A stretch of 64,000 bases of DNA from the human T2T-CHM13v2.0 reference genome, Homo sapiens. Below the pieces are notes generated by a model, which was given only the letters and a program-made list of their open reading frames with translations, did no database searches and was not told the origin of the DNA. The position numbers were made by a program, and so were the translations under genes. The stretch is from assembly GCF_009914755.1 (NCBI RefSeq), contig NC_060926.1; one strand, given 5' to 3'. Positions 43,611-59,923 of this stretch are shown here, piece after piece. How positions within the stretch are numbered: position 1 is the stretch's first letter; each line of letters begins with the position of its first letter.

Positions 43611-44377
43611 CCACAGTTCAACAAATAGTTGCTGAAAGCATGTGATGTGTGCATCCAGCTGGGACCCAATAACAAGGCAGACTCCCTGCCTTTGAGGCAC
43701 AAGTGAACAATTTCACAACAGTATAGTAGGAACAAGGGGCATAACAAGCACAGGATATGTGGAAACTTAGAGGACAATACTTAGCCCAGCCTGGAGAAGT
43801 CTTGGAAGGCTTCCTGGTAGAGGAAACACTTGTGCTGAGCCTTGAGGATAGGTAGAAAAGTGGGAGAAAGAAGGAAATGTATTTTAGACAGAAGCAACAA
43901 TTGGGATAAAAAGTGTAGAAGAGAACTATAAGCAATTTGATATTATCAGAACGTAAAGGAATGAGCAAGGAGGGGCAGGTGATGGAGCTGCAGCAGCCTT
44001 CTATGGAGAGCCCAGTATGTTATCTAGAGGTATTTGGACATTTTAAATAGGCAATGGGGAAAAAATGGGAGATTTAAAAGAGAGATTGGTATATGAGTAG
44101 CCATGCATTTAATAGAGGTCCCCTTGGTAGCTGTATTCCGTATGGCTTTGATGGTGGCAAGACTTAGATAACAATTTGGAGGCTTTTCCAATTGTTTAGG
44201 CAGGAGTTGATAAGGGCTTAAACTAAGCTGTAAAGGAAGAGTCAATGCAAGAAATATTAATGACTTAAAATTGGGAAGATTGTTAATTGTTATATTGAAG
44301 CTTCAAGGAAAAGAAGGAAACTGGAATGGTCCCAGGCTTCTGATTTGGGTAACCTTGTAACTTGCCTTGTCATTAAC

Positions 44378-44759
44378 TGTATTAGTCCACTCTCACATTG
44401 CTATAAGAACTACCTGAGACTGGGTAATTTATAAAGAAAAGAGGAATAATTGGCTCATCATCCAACAGGCTATATAGGAAACATGGTTGGGAGGCCTCTG
44501 GAAACATACAATGATAGCAGAAGGCAAAGGAGAAGCAGGCACATCCTACATGGCGGGAGCAGGAGGAAGAGAGAGAAGAGGTGGGTGCTACAGACTTTTA
44601 AACCGCAAGATCTCATGAGAACTCACTCACTATCATAAGAACAGAAAGAGGGAAACCTGCTTCCATGATACAATCACCTCCCACCAGGCCCGTCCTCCAA
44701 CATTAGAGATTACAATTCGACATGATATTTGGGCAGGGACACAGATCCAAACCGTATCA
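44378..44759 (-). mobile_element. MSTA/THE1D LTR inserted in L2
   Basis: tgtattagtcc...ccaaaccgtatca; 5-bp TSD ttaac. Confidence 0.9.
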
Positions 44760-46199
44760 TTAACTGACAAAAAATATAGGTAGAGACATAGGTCTGGGGG
44801 GAAGGTGAGTGCAGTTTTGGGAAGTTGTCCAGCTATCTATTGTAAACTTAGGGGCATACTGTGTGTAGAAATGTTTGCTCCTCTATCCTTTGGGAACAGG
44901 AATACATTCATAACATGCTACATGTAAAAAGGACTCCCCAGGGTGGCCAATCTTATGGTAGAGGTTGTATGGTAATATATTTCTCCTTCATAAAAGTGGG
45001 AAAATAAACTTAGAGGCATAAAAATACCATCAATTTACTGTGTTCATGGATTCTGTGAACTAAGAAGTTGGACAGGGCTCAACAGAGGTGATTTATCTCT
45101 ATCCGTCAATGTCTAAGGCTTTAGTTGGAAAGAGTCATATGCCTGGGGGCTGGAATAACTTGGAGATTTATTCACTCACTGCTGGGGCATTGGTGGAGAG
45201 GACTGAAAGGCTGGCTTTGTCACTATCAAATGTCTAGCAGCATTCCTAGCCTCTAGCTACTAGACACAAATAGCATCCCACCCACCCAGCAGTAACAACC
45301 AAAATGTCTCCCTGACACTGCCAAATTTATCCTGTGGGACAACTGTCTCCTGTGGTTAAGGTCAGTGGGCTGTATGTGTCTGAAACTTCGTCAGGACTGG
45401 AAAGAGATTTTTCAAGTCATCAGTGCGTAGGTGATCTTTAGAGTCACTGCAATATATGAGATATCCCAGGATGTAGGGTGAGAAGATCAGCTCTTCAAGG
45501 TTAGAAGGATGGACCCATATTGAAGGGGTTGAGGAAAAGAAGATAAAGCATTAAGAAAACGAAAATAGAAAAACCAAGAGAGAGAGAGTAGGAAAACCAA
45601 GAAAGACAGAAAAGAGTGGTGCAGTGGCTACTGCGAGTGCCTGCCTAGCATCTTATCTCCACTTTCTTCTTAAAGAAGCTCAGTCTCTTGCCCACAATGA
45701 CCGGTGATTTCATCCATGGACCTACACAAGCCAGACCATAAAGTCCTTCCTGTGATTTCATATTTTAAGCCACAGAGCAAGGTGTTTCTTTTCTCTTCTG
45801 TCCTTATTGAAACTATGTTATTTCCAAAGTCCCTTTGGTGTGCTCCCTGCCACAAGGCAAAGGTTCAGCTGAGTGCATTTAGAGATGCCATGAGTTGAAA
45901 ATGACCACCTGTCCCTTGCAGCTCAGGAAGAGGCTCTTAAGGGAAGTTGGTGGGAGCACTAATGCCTGAAGAGGATTTCTTGGACTCCTAAGTCATCTTT
46001 ACTTCGTAAAGTTATCTCAGAATTTTGTCAGCTAGTGCTTCTCTGTGAAACTTCCAAAGACCAGGAAACCGGCACCAAAAGCATCCCTTCCACATTGTGT
46101 CTTGCTTCTGACTTCTGAGCTAAACGAGCCATGAACCTGTGCCAAATATGCACATACATAGTCCGTGAGCTGTGTGGGGGCTTGATCAGAAGCAAGCAC

Positions 46200-47280
46200 C
46201 CCAATACACTATATTGTACAAGTGTGTTACAGTTTCATCTGCAGTAGAAGACAATGAAACCAGCAGCAGAAGGAAGCAAAGTGGAGAGCTGAGAAAGACC
46301 AACTTTTTGGTAGCATTTAAGATCCTGGATCCAGTCATCTCTGAAGCCTCAGATCCAGCCGTGACCTTCCAGTTGTGTGAATCAATAAATGCTCTTAAGT
46401 GGAATATCTTTCTGTTGCAAATGCAAATGTTCTAATACAGAAACTAAAACCAGCTGTGAAGTGATAAACCTAAAATGTGGAATTGGTTGAATCAAGATAA
46501 GGAAGGTTGAAAATCTGTATTCCTTGTTATATGAAAGTGAAGCAGCTGCTACCTAGTGTATTTTATGCCTCAGGCAATGTCCCCACCACCATAATTACAA
46601 GAACATTATGGACTTGGTCAAAAGGATATGGGAGTGAGAACTGAGACAGGCATCTGCCCTGGAGCCCTCCCAAACACCTCTGCTACTGCAGTCCCTGCCC
46701 AATAAGGCTCATAATCCCACCCCATAATCAGCTTTGATGCTCCCTGGTGATGGAAATCAGCTCCCGATTGTTCCATTTTTCTAAGAGGTGGAGACAAGGA
46801 TAGATGACGTTAATCTAAAGCCCGGGGGAATCAGATGATTCCTGCAATTGTTGCTAAGGGACTGAAACCACAAGGGCAAGGAGCTAGATTCAGAGATGCT
46901 GACTCAGCAAGATTTTGGCACTTGTAACTAGCCAGCCAATGTTGCTAGCCACCCAAAATTATATAATCAGGCCAGCGACTGAGTGTTGCAAGTGAACTTT
47001 ATTGCCCCCTTGGCAAGCAAAGATTATGATTATGATTGTTCAGTTCTTAACAGAGCCCTCCAAGAGTCCTTACAACAAAAAGTGGGTTGCTAAAGCAGTG
47101 GAGACCTCACCAGAGGAAGTCTCCTGACCATCCTCTTAAGCATGGTGACAAAGTCAATGAACAGGGGAGAGCCTCCCAGCAGGAAGGCCCTGGAGCACCC
47201 AGATAGACTGACTAGGAATCTACTCCATGACAAGAGAAGGGAGTCAACAGAGAGACAGGTCTCACTCTTCCTGTTTACCA
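46200..47280 (+). mobile_element. Old MLT1 LTR followed by MaLR internal sequence
   Basis: ccagttgtgtgaatcaataaat...ctaatacag then aaacctaaaatgtggaattgg. Confidence 0.5.
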
Positions 47281-47616
47281 GCTTAGGGGATGTTTTGTCC
47301 TCTGTAACCTATTTCTAAATTGGCAGAGCCTGGCTTCTCCTCCTTCCCTACCAACTTCTTTTCATATAAGGGCTACCATCTTATTTCTAGCTTTAGGGAA
47401 GTCTTCTATTCCTCTATCTGCTTAACAACTCAACTATAGCAATCATACATATAACCTACAGAAAGTGAAAAGCCCATTATCACACGGGAACCATCTCCCC
47501 ACTCTAATCCTTGAGGGGCCTGGCAAAAGCCCATACCCACGTATATAAAAGGGTTGTCATTTAAGGTAAGGGTAACCACAGAGACGGACATGCAACCAAA
47601 AAGATTTTATGTAATG

Positions 47617-47622
47617 TTTATT
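47617..47622 (-). terminator. Polyadenylation signal of EVA1A (a second AATAAA at 47795-47790 could be a proximal site)
   Basis: TTTATT on + strand = AATAAA on minus, with GU-rich element downstream. Confidence 0.75.
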
Positions 47623-47799
47623 TTTTTAATTCCCATCCTAACTTTGGCTTTAATCCTTACCTCTCATTTCCATTCTTTTCTTTGAAATCCAATTAAAAAA
47701 AAAAAAAAAAAACAAAGTGTTTAAAATCACAATTATCTAGAGTCATAATAAAATTTTCTTGTCTCCAAAGAGGGGGAAAACACACCACTTTTATTTTTA

Positions 47800-47807
47800 T
47801 GCAGCAT
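47800..47807 (-). promoter_or_regulatory. miR-103/107 8mer seed site in EVA1A 3'UTR
   Basis: + strand tgcagcat = mRNA AUGCUGCA. Confidence 0.65.
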
Positions 47808-47975
47808 TTTCAAATATGCATGTCAATATATATTTTATAAACTATTTAAAATAAAAACCCTTCATCCTTTGAGGTTATTGACATTTTCTAGTTCACTGAC
47901 ACATCTCCCATAATACAATAGTTCTATTCATTTTCATGAATGAGGTGGGAACTACACTAAAAAGTAGGATTTTAA

Positions 47976-47983
47976 TCCCTGAG
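47976..47983 (-). promoter_or_regulatory. miR-125a/b-5p 8mer seed site in EVA1A 3'UTR
   Basis: + strand tccctgag = mRNA CUCAGGGA. Confidence 0.7.
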
Positions 47984-48519
47984 GTGCCAGTTAAAATGGA
48001 CGAGGTTGCCCTTGCAACACAAGATTTTAAAAATCAGCCTTAAATAATAAGCATGGATCATGCTATTTGAATCAGAATCACCTCCATAGCATGAAGTCAT
48101 TTAGGAAATTGCATTTATTGGGTTAAGTTCACCCTGCTATTCCCAGCCCTCATGCTATAATGATCTTTCCTTTTGCAAAGGAATAACACAGAGCAAGGAA
48201 GTCTGCTGAAACTTCTGAGATCCTCAGAAATCAAGAGAAACCACAGTCGCGTTTCTCCGATCTCCATCCACAGTGTTGGAGAGGATTTTTCAGCACCATT
48301 CCGAGACCTGGAAAGGGTGATGAACTGCTTTGATTTTTCTACTTCTCCATACATTTGGCCAAAAAGGAGCAATCCTCCTGGCTAGAAAAGGGGCATGTCC
48401 TGCTTTTTCTCTGAAATCACAATATTAGCAGAGCTGGGTTCAGTTCCTTGTGCCCACTGTCCCTGCAGACGCTCTCCTTTCCAGGCGGCCTCCAGTGGTT
48501 TCCGGGGTCCTGCTGCTCC

Positions 48520-48893
48520 CTAATAGTAGCGATTCAGGCTCCTGGTCCCGGGCACCTCAGGCTGGCCATTCATCCAGATCTCCCTGATGATGCGCTCGCG
48601 CTCCTCCAGCCGCTGGGCGCGCTCCAGCTCCTCCGCAGAGGTGAACACATTCTTGTTCAAAGTCCTCTCGAAGCGGCGGTGTCTCCGCACGGAGAGATCG
48701 GACACGGTGTCCTCACTGCCATCCTCGCTGTCGCTGCTGTCGCTGCTGCTCTCTCTGTCCTGCAGGAACTTCTTCCCGGGACGCCGCCTGCAGTCTGTGT
48801 GGCAAGAGATCCTTATCACCAGAGCAGCCAGGGTCAGCACCAGCCCGATGCACACGCCAGAAACAAAGTACAGAGCTGCTCGCTCAGGATTTT
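48520..48893 (-). CDS. EVA1A: EVA1A (eva-1 homolog A, TMEM166/FAM176A) last coding exon: transmembrane helix plus cytoplasmic tail
   Basis: Translation ENPERAALYFVSGVCIGLVLTLAALVIRISCHTDC...EIWMNGQPEVPGTRSLNRYY* matches human EVA1A as I recall it. Acceptor on minus strand is cttcttcctcttcttcctccAG|AAAATCCT (AG 48895-48894, phase 1). TAG at 48522-48520. CpG-rich exon. The N-terminal exon lies outside the window. Confidence 0.97.
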
Positions 48894-49316
48894 CTGGAGG
48901 AAGAAGAGGAAGAAGCAAGCATTTGAGAGATGACAACTCCATATGCAGAGATCCAATATGACTCCAGCCTACACTTCTCACCAGGCCCCAAAGTTTTGAT
49001 GGTTACAAATATTGTCCTCCAATGTGACATATTTTATAATGTATTCAAAATATAATTATTGACAAACGGTGAATCTGTGAAAGGTATATGAAATTCTTTC
49101 ACTCTTCTTGCAACTTTAACTTAGAGATTATTCCCAAATGAAAAGGTAAAAGAAAGAAAAACAGTAATTATTTAGCACCTACTGTACGCAAGCAGCCGTG
49201 CTTAGGTGTCATTTGTTTAAGAGATGTATCTATCTAAAGCCTCTTTTCACCTAGGCCAAAACAGCTTTACTTGAGAATTTGCTCATACACCCCCACTGAA
49301 TTACCCTTTCATCACA

Positions 49317-50085
49317 GTGGTAGACAGCTTCTGAGATGAACCCCATCTCCTAGTATTCACACGCTTGTGCAATCCTCTCCCCTCAAGTGGTGGACCTAGT
49401 GACTTCTAAGAAATACAGTTGACCCTTGGACAACATGGGTTTGAACAGCACAGGACACCTATACATGGATTTTGTTCAAACAAACATGTAGATCGAAAAT
49501 ACATTATTTGCGAGATGAGAAATCCACATATAAGGAGTGTCAGCTTTTCAAATATGTGGCTTCTGCAGGGTCATCTGCAGAACTTAAGTATGCATGCACG
49601 GACTGGGGTAAACACAGGGATGCTGGAACCAATGCCCTGCGTATACCGAGGGACGACTGTAGGATATGGCAAAAGCAATGGGTGATTCTAAGATTAGGTT
49701 ACATAAGACTGTGATTTTGTCTTGTTCTCTTACTCTCTCCTTCTCTGGGGCTCTTCTTACTTGCTGGTTCTGATGAAGCCAGCTGCCATGTGTGAGCTGC
49801 CTTATGGGGAAGTCCAAGTGGCAAGGAACTAAGGGTGGCCTTTGGCCAACACCCTTTGAGGAATGGTGCCAACAGCCATGTGAATGAGCTTGGTTGTGAA
49901 TCATCCCTCCATCTAGTCTTGAGGGGACCACAGTCCTGGCCTTGCAGTGGCCTGTGAGAAACCTTGAACCAAGGAACCCAGCTAAGCCACACCCAGATTT
50001 CTGACCTGTAGAAACTGGGAGATAATAAATGTGTGTTTTCAGCCACTAAGTTTTGGGGTAGTTTTGTAAAAAGCAATAGTTGCAA
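49317..50085 (+). mobile_element. MLT1E/F LTR with nested MER8
   Basis: gtggtagacagctt...cccagatttctgacctgtagaaactgggagataataaatg. Confidence 0.8.
49416..49659. mobile_element. MER8 (Tigger family)
   Basis: ta|cagttgaccctt...gagggacgactg|ta: TIRs and TA TSD. Confidence 0.88.
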
Positions 50086-50329
50086 TCAGTCACACATTGA
50101 AAGCCAGTATAGGTATTTAGGAGTGGCCTCAGCAGGTTAACTGAAAGGGGAGGAGAAATTAGAGCTCTTTCCTTGGTGAGAGAAGATAACAGTCATTCTG
50201 TTAATGATCAGTATGCTTAGGGGGCCTAGTTGTGACCCCTGTAAGATGTGCTTAACAGAATGGGAGTCTTTGAGTGAACAGTTTTCATTCTAGGTACCTA
50301 CGAGGACAAAGGAACAGGCCTGGCCTTGA

Positions 50330-50429
50330 GTACACCGTACCCAATGTATGGTCTTTTATCCCTCACCCCCCTCCCACCAATTTCCCCTGAGTCCCCACAG
50401 TCTATTATATCATTCTTATGCCTTTGTGT
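50330..50429 (-). mobile_element. L1PB 3'UTR piece A (inverted)
   Basis: Reverse complement reads aaaggcataagaatgatataatagactgtggggactc...gggataaaagac. Confidence 0.85.
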
Positions 50430-50931
50430 ATATTTGGACAATTTTTGTAGGTTCTGGAAATTCAAAGACTTAAATAAGATTCAGTTCTTGTTCTCAGAAT
50501 GCACCTAGTCTACTGGGGAGACAGACGAAAGCAATGGACAGAAAATAAAACAATGGGCTGTTAATGATGGAAGCACATTGTGGGGGCAACCAGCCCTAGG
50601 AGAGAGGGAGTCATGGGGCATTTTGTGAGCATGAGGATGAGATGGAGACACTTCGACCAAATGCTAGGACGATTAGGTAAATTCAAGCCTACTGAAGACC
50701 ACAGTGTTCTCCCTTATATGGCAAGTCAACACTAACCTACATGCTGGTCTAGTGGCTTGTTCCAGGTCACGCTCACAAAGGTAATGGCATTAAGTTGTGT
50801 TTTCTATTTCTGTGTGCTACTTATTAGGATTCTTTTCAATTCAAATACAAAAACTTCATTTTGTCTCACCCTGGTTTCAGATTGTTAAAATTTTTTATAA
50901 TCTTGATGTTGTCATCCAAATTAATTTCTCT

Positions 50932-51072
50932 GACTATACATTGGGTAGAGTGTACACTGCTCTGGTGATGGGTACACTAAAATCTCAGAAATCACCACTG
51001 AAGAACTTATCCATGTAACCACAAACCACCTGTACCCCCAAAACTATTGAAATAAAAAGAAAATTAAAAAAT
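50932..51072 (+). mobile_element. L1PB 3' terminal piece B with A tail
   Basis: gactatacattggg..tgtacactgctc..aaatcaccact..aaactattgaaataaaaa. Confidence 0.85.
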
Positions 51073-51454
51073 ATTGTCCAAATATGTTCCTAAAATTTCA
51101 TGAAATCCATTACATCATCAGCCTCAATCTTTAAAATAGCCCACTTACTTCTTTTTCTTCTCCTCCTTTCCTCCTTTGTTGGTTGTCTTTTATGAAATAA
51201 AAGGCAGAAGCAAAAAGAGGTACTGTTACATCCCTAGGCCACATGACAAGGTAGAAAGGCCCAGGCAAACAAACCCAAGTCTATCCAGTTTCAAAGCCTA
51301 TTCCCTTCTCATCATTTCCTGGTGCTTCTACAGCATCAGTGTCAATGCTGAGGTGTCATATATTACACAAGGCTGTTGGGAGGATCAGTGTAGATAATGC
51401 AAGTGAAAGTGCTTGGTAAACGTTCCTTTCTGGGTAAACAAAAGGTGGTCTTGT

Positions 51455-53810
<2,356 letters not shown>

Positions 53811-56800
53811 AGGGAGGGATATGAGAACCTTCTGCACTACCTCTTCAATTTTTATGTTGATTCAAAACAGCTGTATATAATGTGTATTAATTTTTTTAAA
53901 TCTAGCAACACTGTTTCAGGAAAAGATCTGTTTTAGATATTATTTAACAATTAGCTTAATGTCTCACCATTAGATTGAGATGCTGTTCACTTTTAAAAGT
54001 GAACTACATGTTGTCAATGTATCTGTACATCTCTAGTTGTAGCACTACTGAGTGACTTAATACATTTAAATTTGCACCACACACACCTTTTTTTTTTTTT
54101 TTAAAAAGATGGTCTTCTCAGACTCATTTGCTTACAAATAGCATATTCCTACGCCAGATGCTATGGGATCACATCAAAGGCCTCACCTTTATCTTTAGAT
54201 TTATATTTTCCCAGAGGAAATAATGACCAGAACAGCCCATGAACTCCACACCAATCTGCATTTATTTGTGATTTGCTCATGTCTGCCTGATTATAATTAA
54301 CATGCACAATGTGTATAAAAACATGCTATCTGATGACAGGCTGGAATGGGCCTGAGTCTTATCTAGATTCTAGATCAACTTAGAAAATTCTTAAGCCCTC
54401 AGATAGAGAGAACATGTCTTGGGGCAAATAAAAGCCCTGGACTTGGCCTCCCTGGATTGGGTTAAATCCAATAATTGCCTTTCTTTTGTAAAGTGGGAGG
54501 AAGGCACTCTCATTTATTAGTTAAATGACCTTGAGCCAATCACAACCTCACTGGACCTTCAAGACTGATAGGAGAAAAGGACATGCAATAAACATAATTG
54601 GAATTGAGCACAACCGAGTGAAATAATGGAAGTGGGCATGAGGCACCACTGGGGCAATCTCAGAGAGTGCAGAATTGGAGAAAAGTCAGTGGGCACAGGA
54701 AATGGAAAACCAAAAAGCCATAAAGGGTCAGTCCAGAATGGTCTTCACAAAACCTAGTTCTAGTGATAATAAAAAAGTCAAAATCACTGGGATAAAGCAA
54801 AATGAAGCCCATTTGCTGGAGAAATGGGTTCTGCTGTTTATCAAGATAAAATATCTCCCAAGGGTCAGGTCTTGGACCTGTCTACTTTGTCCAGAGTTCC
54901 CTAGGAGCCCTTTTCCTCTGAAAGAGACTTGACTCTGCTTCAGAAATCTGCTCCCAATTGCTAACAGAATTGATTTTCTGCCACTAGTTGCATCAGGAAG
55001 GAATAAGGTCATTCTACTCAGGGTGACGGCTGGTCAGGGAGCCCAGGTTGCTGCCTCTGCCCACAGACTCATCAGTCCACTGACTATGCCTAAGTCCCTG
55101 TTGGTCTAAAAGGGCCTGAGTTTCATCTCACTGCTCGGCCGTACTCGAGATAAGCAGTCTTCACAGTGGGAACATGTGCCTAAGAGGTGAACAGGCATAG
55201 CTGGTTTTAAGGAAATCTATTTCTAGACCTTACACAGCCATTTTCTTTGTTCTTTCCTATATTGGATCCGCCTGAGAAGGTGCCTGTGGTGGAAGGCACA
55301 GTCTTACCTGTTCTACACCACCCATTGCTTCCCCCATTTCGCTAAAGTCAAACCCTTCCCCCACCCCACATCCCATCTTACTATGGTGCACTGCCCGGAG
55401 TGCAAAAATGGCCACCAAGCAAAATAACTGTTCCAAATATTGAAAAATTGATGTCAATGACAGGAGGCAAAAGCCCCTAATAACTGGTAACACATTCTTT
55501 TCCAAGTAAGTTTCCAATTCTTGGTTTTCAACAAAACTGAAGGAAGGCCTAATCATGTTGTCAGCTGATAAATCAAAATAACTTTTGATGACGGATCACT
55601 CTGATTTTTGGCATACGATGAAAACTTAATTCAAAGACTGGAGTGACTTAATTATAACAAAACTTCTTTTGTTTTTGTCTACATGTTTATGTGAACAAAG
55701 TTTCCCAACACCCGTAGCTATACAAATAAAAATCAGAAATAGAACTGTCACTGAATCATGCCTCCTTCTGGCAATAAGTGATATTTATTCATGAGTACCT
55801 AAATACATAAACAAATTGAGGGGAAAGGAGGAAATTCATCCATCTCTTTAAGAGATACATTTCCTGTAAATTTTAATTTTTATGTTTAAAAACTCCCATG
55901 TACCTTCCAACTTCATACAGAATGTACCTCACATCGATCTCATTCTCTTTTATCTCAAACAGCAAGTTCTCTCTCTTACCTCTCTCTCTATCCCTTTCTT
56001 TCCCTCTCTCCCTTCCTCCCTCCCTCCCTCCCCTTTTCAACCTTCCCCTTTCTGCCTGAGGCTCCCTTCAGTCATTATGCCCAATGCCCAGAGTCATTTT
56101 TTGACTCACTCTTTGGCTTCTTGCCATAAATTAATTAATCTCAGCCATTCTCATGTCCCTTCCATCTCTTTCCCACTCACTGCCATTTCCCCGCACCTGC
56201 AGCTTTCTAACTCTGGATTCCACTTCCTTCCACCTTCAATTAATTTTGCACATGGCTGTCAAGGCAACATTTTAAGATCTGACTCCTATTATTTACCTTA
56301 TTACTTTTACAAAAAAAAAAAAAAGAGGGCACTCAAGGCTGTCAGAAATCTGGTTCCAATCTCCCTTTCAATCATATCCCCCCAAACTCTTCCACAGGAG
56401 CCTTTAGTCCAGACAAGCCAAAGACTTCATTGTCCACTCTTGACCCACAAACACACCCTCCTCTTCATGTTCATCCCTGACTCCTCTGCTGGAATGCCAG
56501 AGTGTGGGCCCCTTAGTGAATTTTTTCCAATAGATAATTAACCTTCAATAAAACTGAGTCTTTCTTACATTGATGTAGTGCTCAAGTGACATGCCTTGAA
56601 CTTCGCAAATGTTTAATTCCTTCTTTTGTTAGTATGAAACATTCTAAAGGAATTTTCTTAGAGTTCTATTAAAGATCACTTTATTATGAGTATGAAATAA
56701 AAATTCTACATATTGTGGAAATTCTCCCCTTAGGAAAAGAAGAATTTAAAGTAATCCTTCACACACTTTGGTTTAGGAGGTATGGCTTTGAGTATATAAA

Positions 56801-58987
56801 TTAGAAATGAGTTTGTACTGCTTAGTATGCCCTGGCAACAAAAAAGGTTTTGATTTCTGGCCTTACTTTGGCTTTGCCTCCTTAATCAAGCAAAAGAAAT
56901 TGAGCCAATTATAGTTATGCCACAGCTTTTCTGAGCTAGAATGAAATGAGCCAAAGAGAGGGACTGGCCCACTTCTGCTATAATGCCCTTGAAGGAGCCG
57001 CATAATGGGAAGCTGGCTCTGCTCTCATGGATAGAGGAAAGGACCCTGTAGGCAGAGTAAGTGGGAATCAGCAGGCGAGCTCCCGTGATTGGCACTGTAC
57101 ATCCATTTTCTGAGGATGATCCTTCAGACCAAAGTCTTGTCCTCTGTCTCCTACACCATGAAGCCTTGAAGAGAACCTGCCTAGGTTCAGAAGGAGCCAT
57201 GATTCAGAAGGAGATACCAATACTGCATCTTCCCTCAGTCCCCTCAACCCAAGGAAGACAATTCCCCAACCAAGAGAAAATCTGTCTGGATCCCAGAGTG
57301 AGAGAAAGATGACACGACAGAGAAACAGTACATCAGTTACACTTGCTTTATTGCCCAACTCATGCAATAACTCAACCTCTCTTGTGTTAGTAGAAGTGTG
57401 TAGCATTAAAAGAACTTAATTTAACCAATCCATGTTAGTAGGTTAGAAATAAATTTGGGATAGGCTGTCTTTTAAAGCCTCTAGATAGCTTATGTATCCA
57501 CTAAGGCAGCAAACATAACCCTGTCCTCCCTGGAGTATGAATCTGGAGCTCCATAAATCTATCTCCATTTCTTAGAGACTCCTATGTTCCCTACAAGGGT
57601 TTTCAGACCATGAAGGTTTCTAACATAATAACAATGGCCACATAATCCAGTGAAATAAAAGTCAAAACCTACAAATGCTGAACAGACATAGCAGAGCTTG
57701 AGCTATACTCCTTCTACTTCCCAGGCCCTTGACAAGTGGCATCTCTACATGCACCCTTTTACCTATTCTGCAATCTAAGAATGCTTAAAAATATTAGGGT
57801 ATATACAGATATACATATTGCATACATGCATGCACAAAGAGACATAGATATGCACTCATGGGGAACAAAGGGAGGGATGAGAACAGGAAGGAAGGCAAGA
57901 AGGAAAAGAGGGAAAGAGGGAGGAAGACATTAGATAGATGATAGATACATACATACATAGAGTGAGTGAAAGAGCTATCATTCACTGAATGCTTCTCTTT
58001 GCCAAGATCTGGAATAATTCCTTTATGCTGATCATCTGTAATACCGTCAGCCATTACCACTGTTCAGCAGGGTAAGTAGTGTTACTCTTGTTTAAAAGTG
58101 GAAGCCAAGATGAGGGTGTCAAATGTAATTCTGCCTGATACTCAAAAGTTCATGCTTTGACCAAAATAGAAAACGATATTAAAGGGAGAAAAACAAGTCA
58201 TTCTAGCTTTCATATACTGCCCTCACCCCACCTATTACATAGGCCTAACTTCAAAGATAGTTTCTGAACTCCATCTTGGAAACCACTGTTCTGCCTCTGT
58301 AGCTTAATGAGTCCACCTTGTCCTGCCTCCCAGATCAGAAAACATCCCCTTTTGTCTCTAGCATCCGGATGTGGATTCCTGGACAAGCCCAGTAAGAGCA
58401 ACCAGACTGGGTAAGGGAATTCACTGGATCCCAAGCTGGTGACTCAGGCCTGATTTTCACAGCTGATACAATTTATGTCATGCCTCTTCATCCTTTTCCC
58501 ACAAAATTCAAAACTGGAGCTCCAAGGTGATTGTTTTTTCTCTCCTATAATACTTTCTGCTCCAGGTCACTTCCTCTTGGCCAGTGATCCACCCTGGTCT
58601 TGACCAGATCCAGACAGCTGTTAATTACCCAGGAAGCAGAGTGGGGAGGGCTATTGTCAGTTGTTTTCCCTTAATAAATAAAAATAAATGTATTGCTGTA
58701 TCTTGTTTCCTGCAGGGTCATTGTTTTCACGGGCAGGAAGAGGCCCTATGTAGAGGTCCTGAAGCTAATTTCATTTGCACCCTCAGAGGTCAGATCATGC
58801 CCAACAGACTCCTTGCAGGATAGGGCAGCAGCAGCCAGCCCAGACCAGGCCAGCTGGTCTCCATGCAAGTGCAACCTTCTCTCTGCCTGGGCTTTCTTCT
58901 TGGCTCTGGAGCTTCCAATTCCTTAAGTGAAAAGTAAAAGGCTTTTAAAATTGGTTTTGACAAATATTGCATGTTTTCATTTAAATG

Positions 58988-59300
58988 TGAGAGCTAAAAA
59001 GTTTGATCATATGCAGATGGAAACTGGAAAGACAGATAACAGGCTGGGAAAGGTGAGTGGAGGGTAGGAGGGAGGATGAAGAGAAGCGGGATACACGGTA
59101 CAAATATACAGTTAGATAGAAGAAATAAATTCAATGTTTGATAACAGAGCAGGGTGACTATAGTTAATAAAAATGTATTGTACTTGGGCAACAGACACCC
59201 TAAATGCCCTGACTTGATCACTACACATTATATACATGTAACAAAATTTCACGTGTGCTCCATAAATTTTCATTAATAAAAAACTATCTTAACCCCCCAA
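58988..59300 (+). mobile_element. L1MA 3' end
   Basis: cagttagatagaagaaataaattc; ccctgacttgatcactacacatt. Confidence 0.85.
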
Positions 59301-59369
59301 AATAATAAAATTTTAAAAAGTGGGCATTAAAGAGAATCACGGGGTTTGTGTGTTGTCAGGGAGTGCTCA

Positions 59370-59905
<536 letters not shown>

Positions 59906-59923
59906 TTAAATTCACTCATTTCA

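Larger units (their letters stand above)
47600..48519 (-). other. EVA1A: EVA1A 3'UTR
   Basis: Repeat-free AU-rich sequence between the stop codon and AATAAA (47622-47617), followed by GU/U-rich downstream sequence (tttttggttgcatgtcc). Confidence 0.85.

Noticed and set aside
48448-48961. Plus-strand 161-aa and 124-aa ORFs
   Set aside because: Antisense shadows of the GC-rich EVA1A exon
48894-48981. N-terminal extension of the 153-aa ORF (MRSVGW...LLPLLPP)
   Set aside because: It is the intronic polypyrimidine tract read in frame; the real EVA1A N-terminus is in an upstream exon
55882-56541. Longest ORF in the window (219 aa)
   Set aside because: Runs through CT-rich low-complexity sequence, a poly(A) run and L2-like DNA; no domain features
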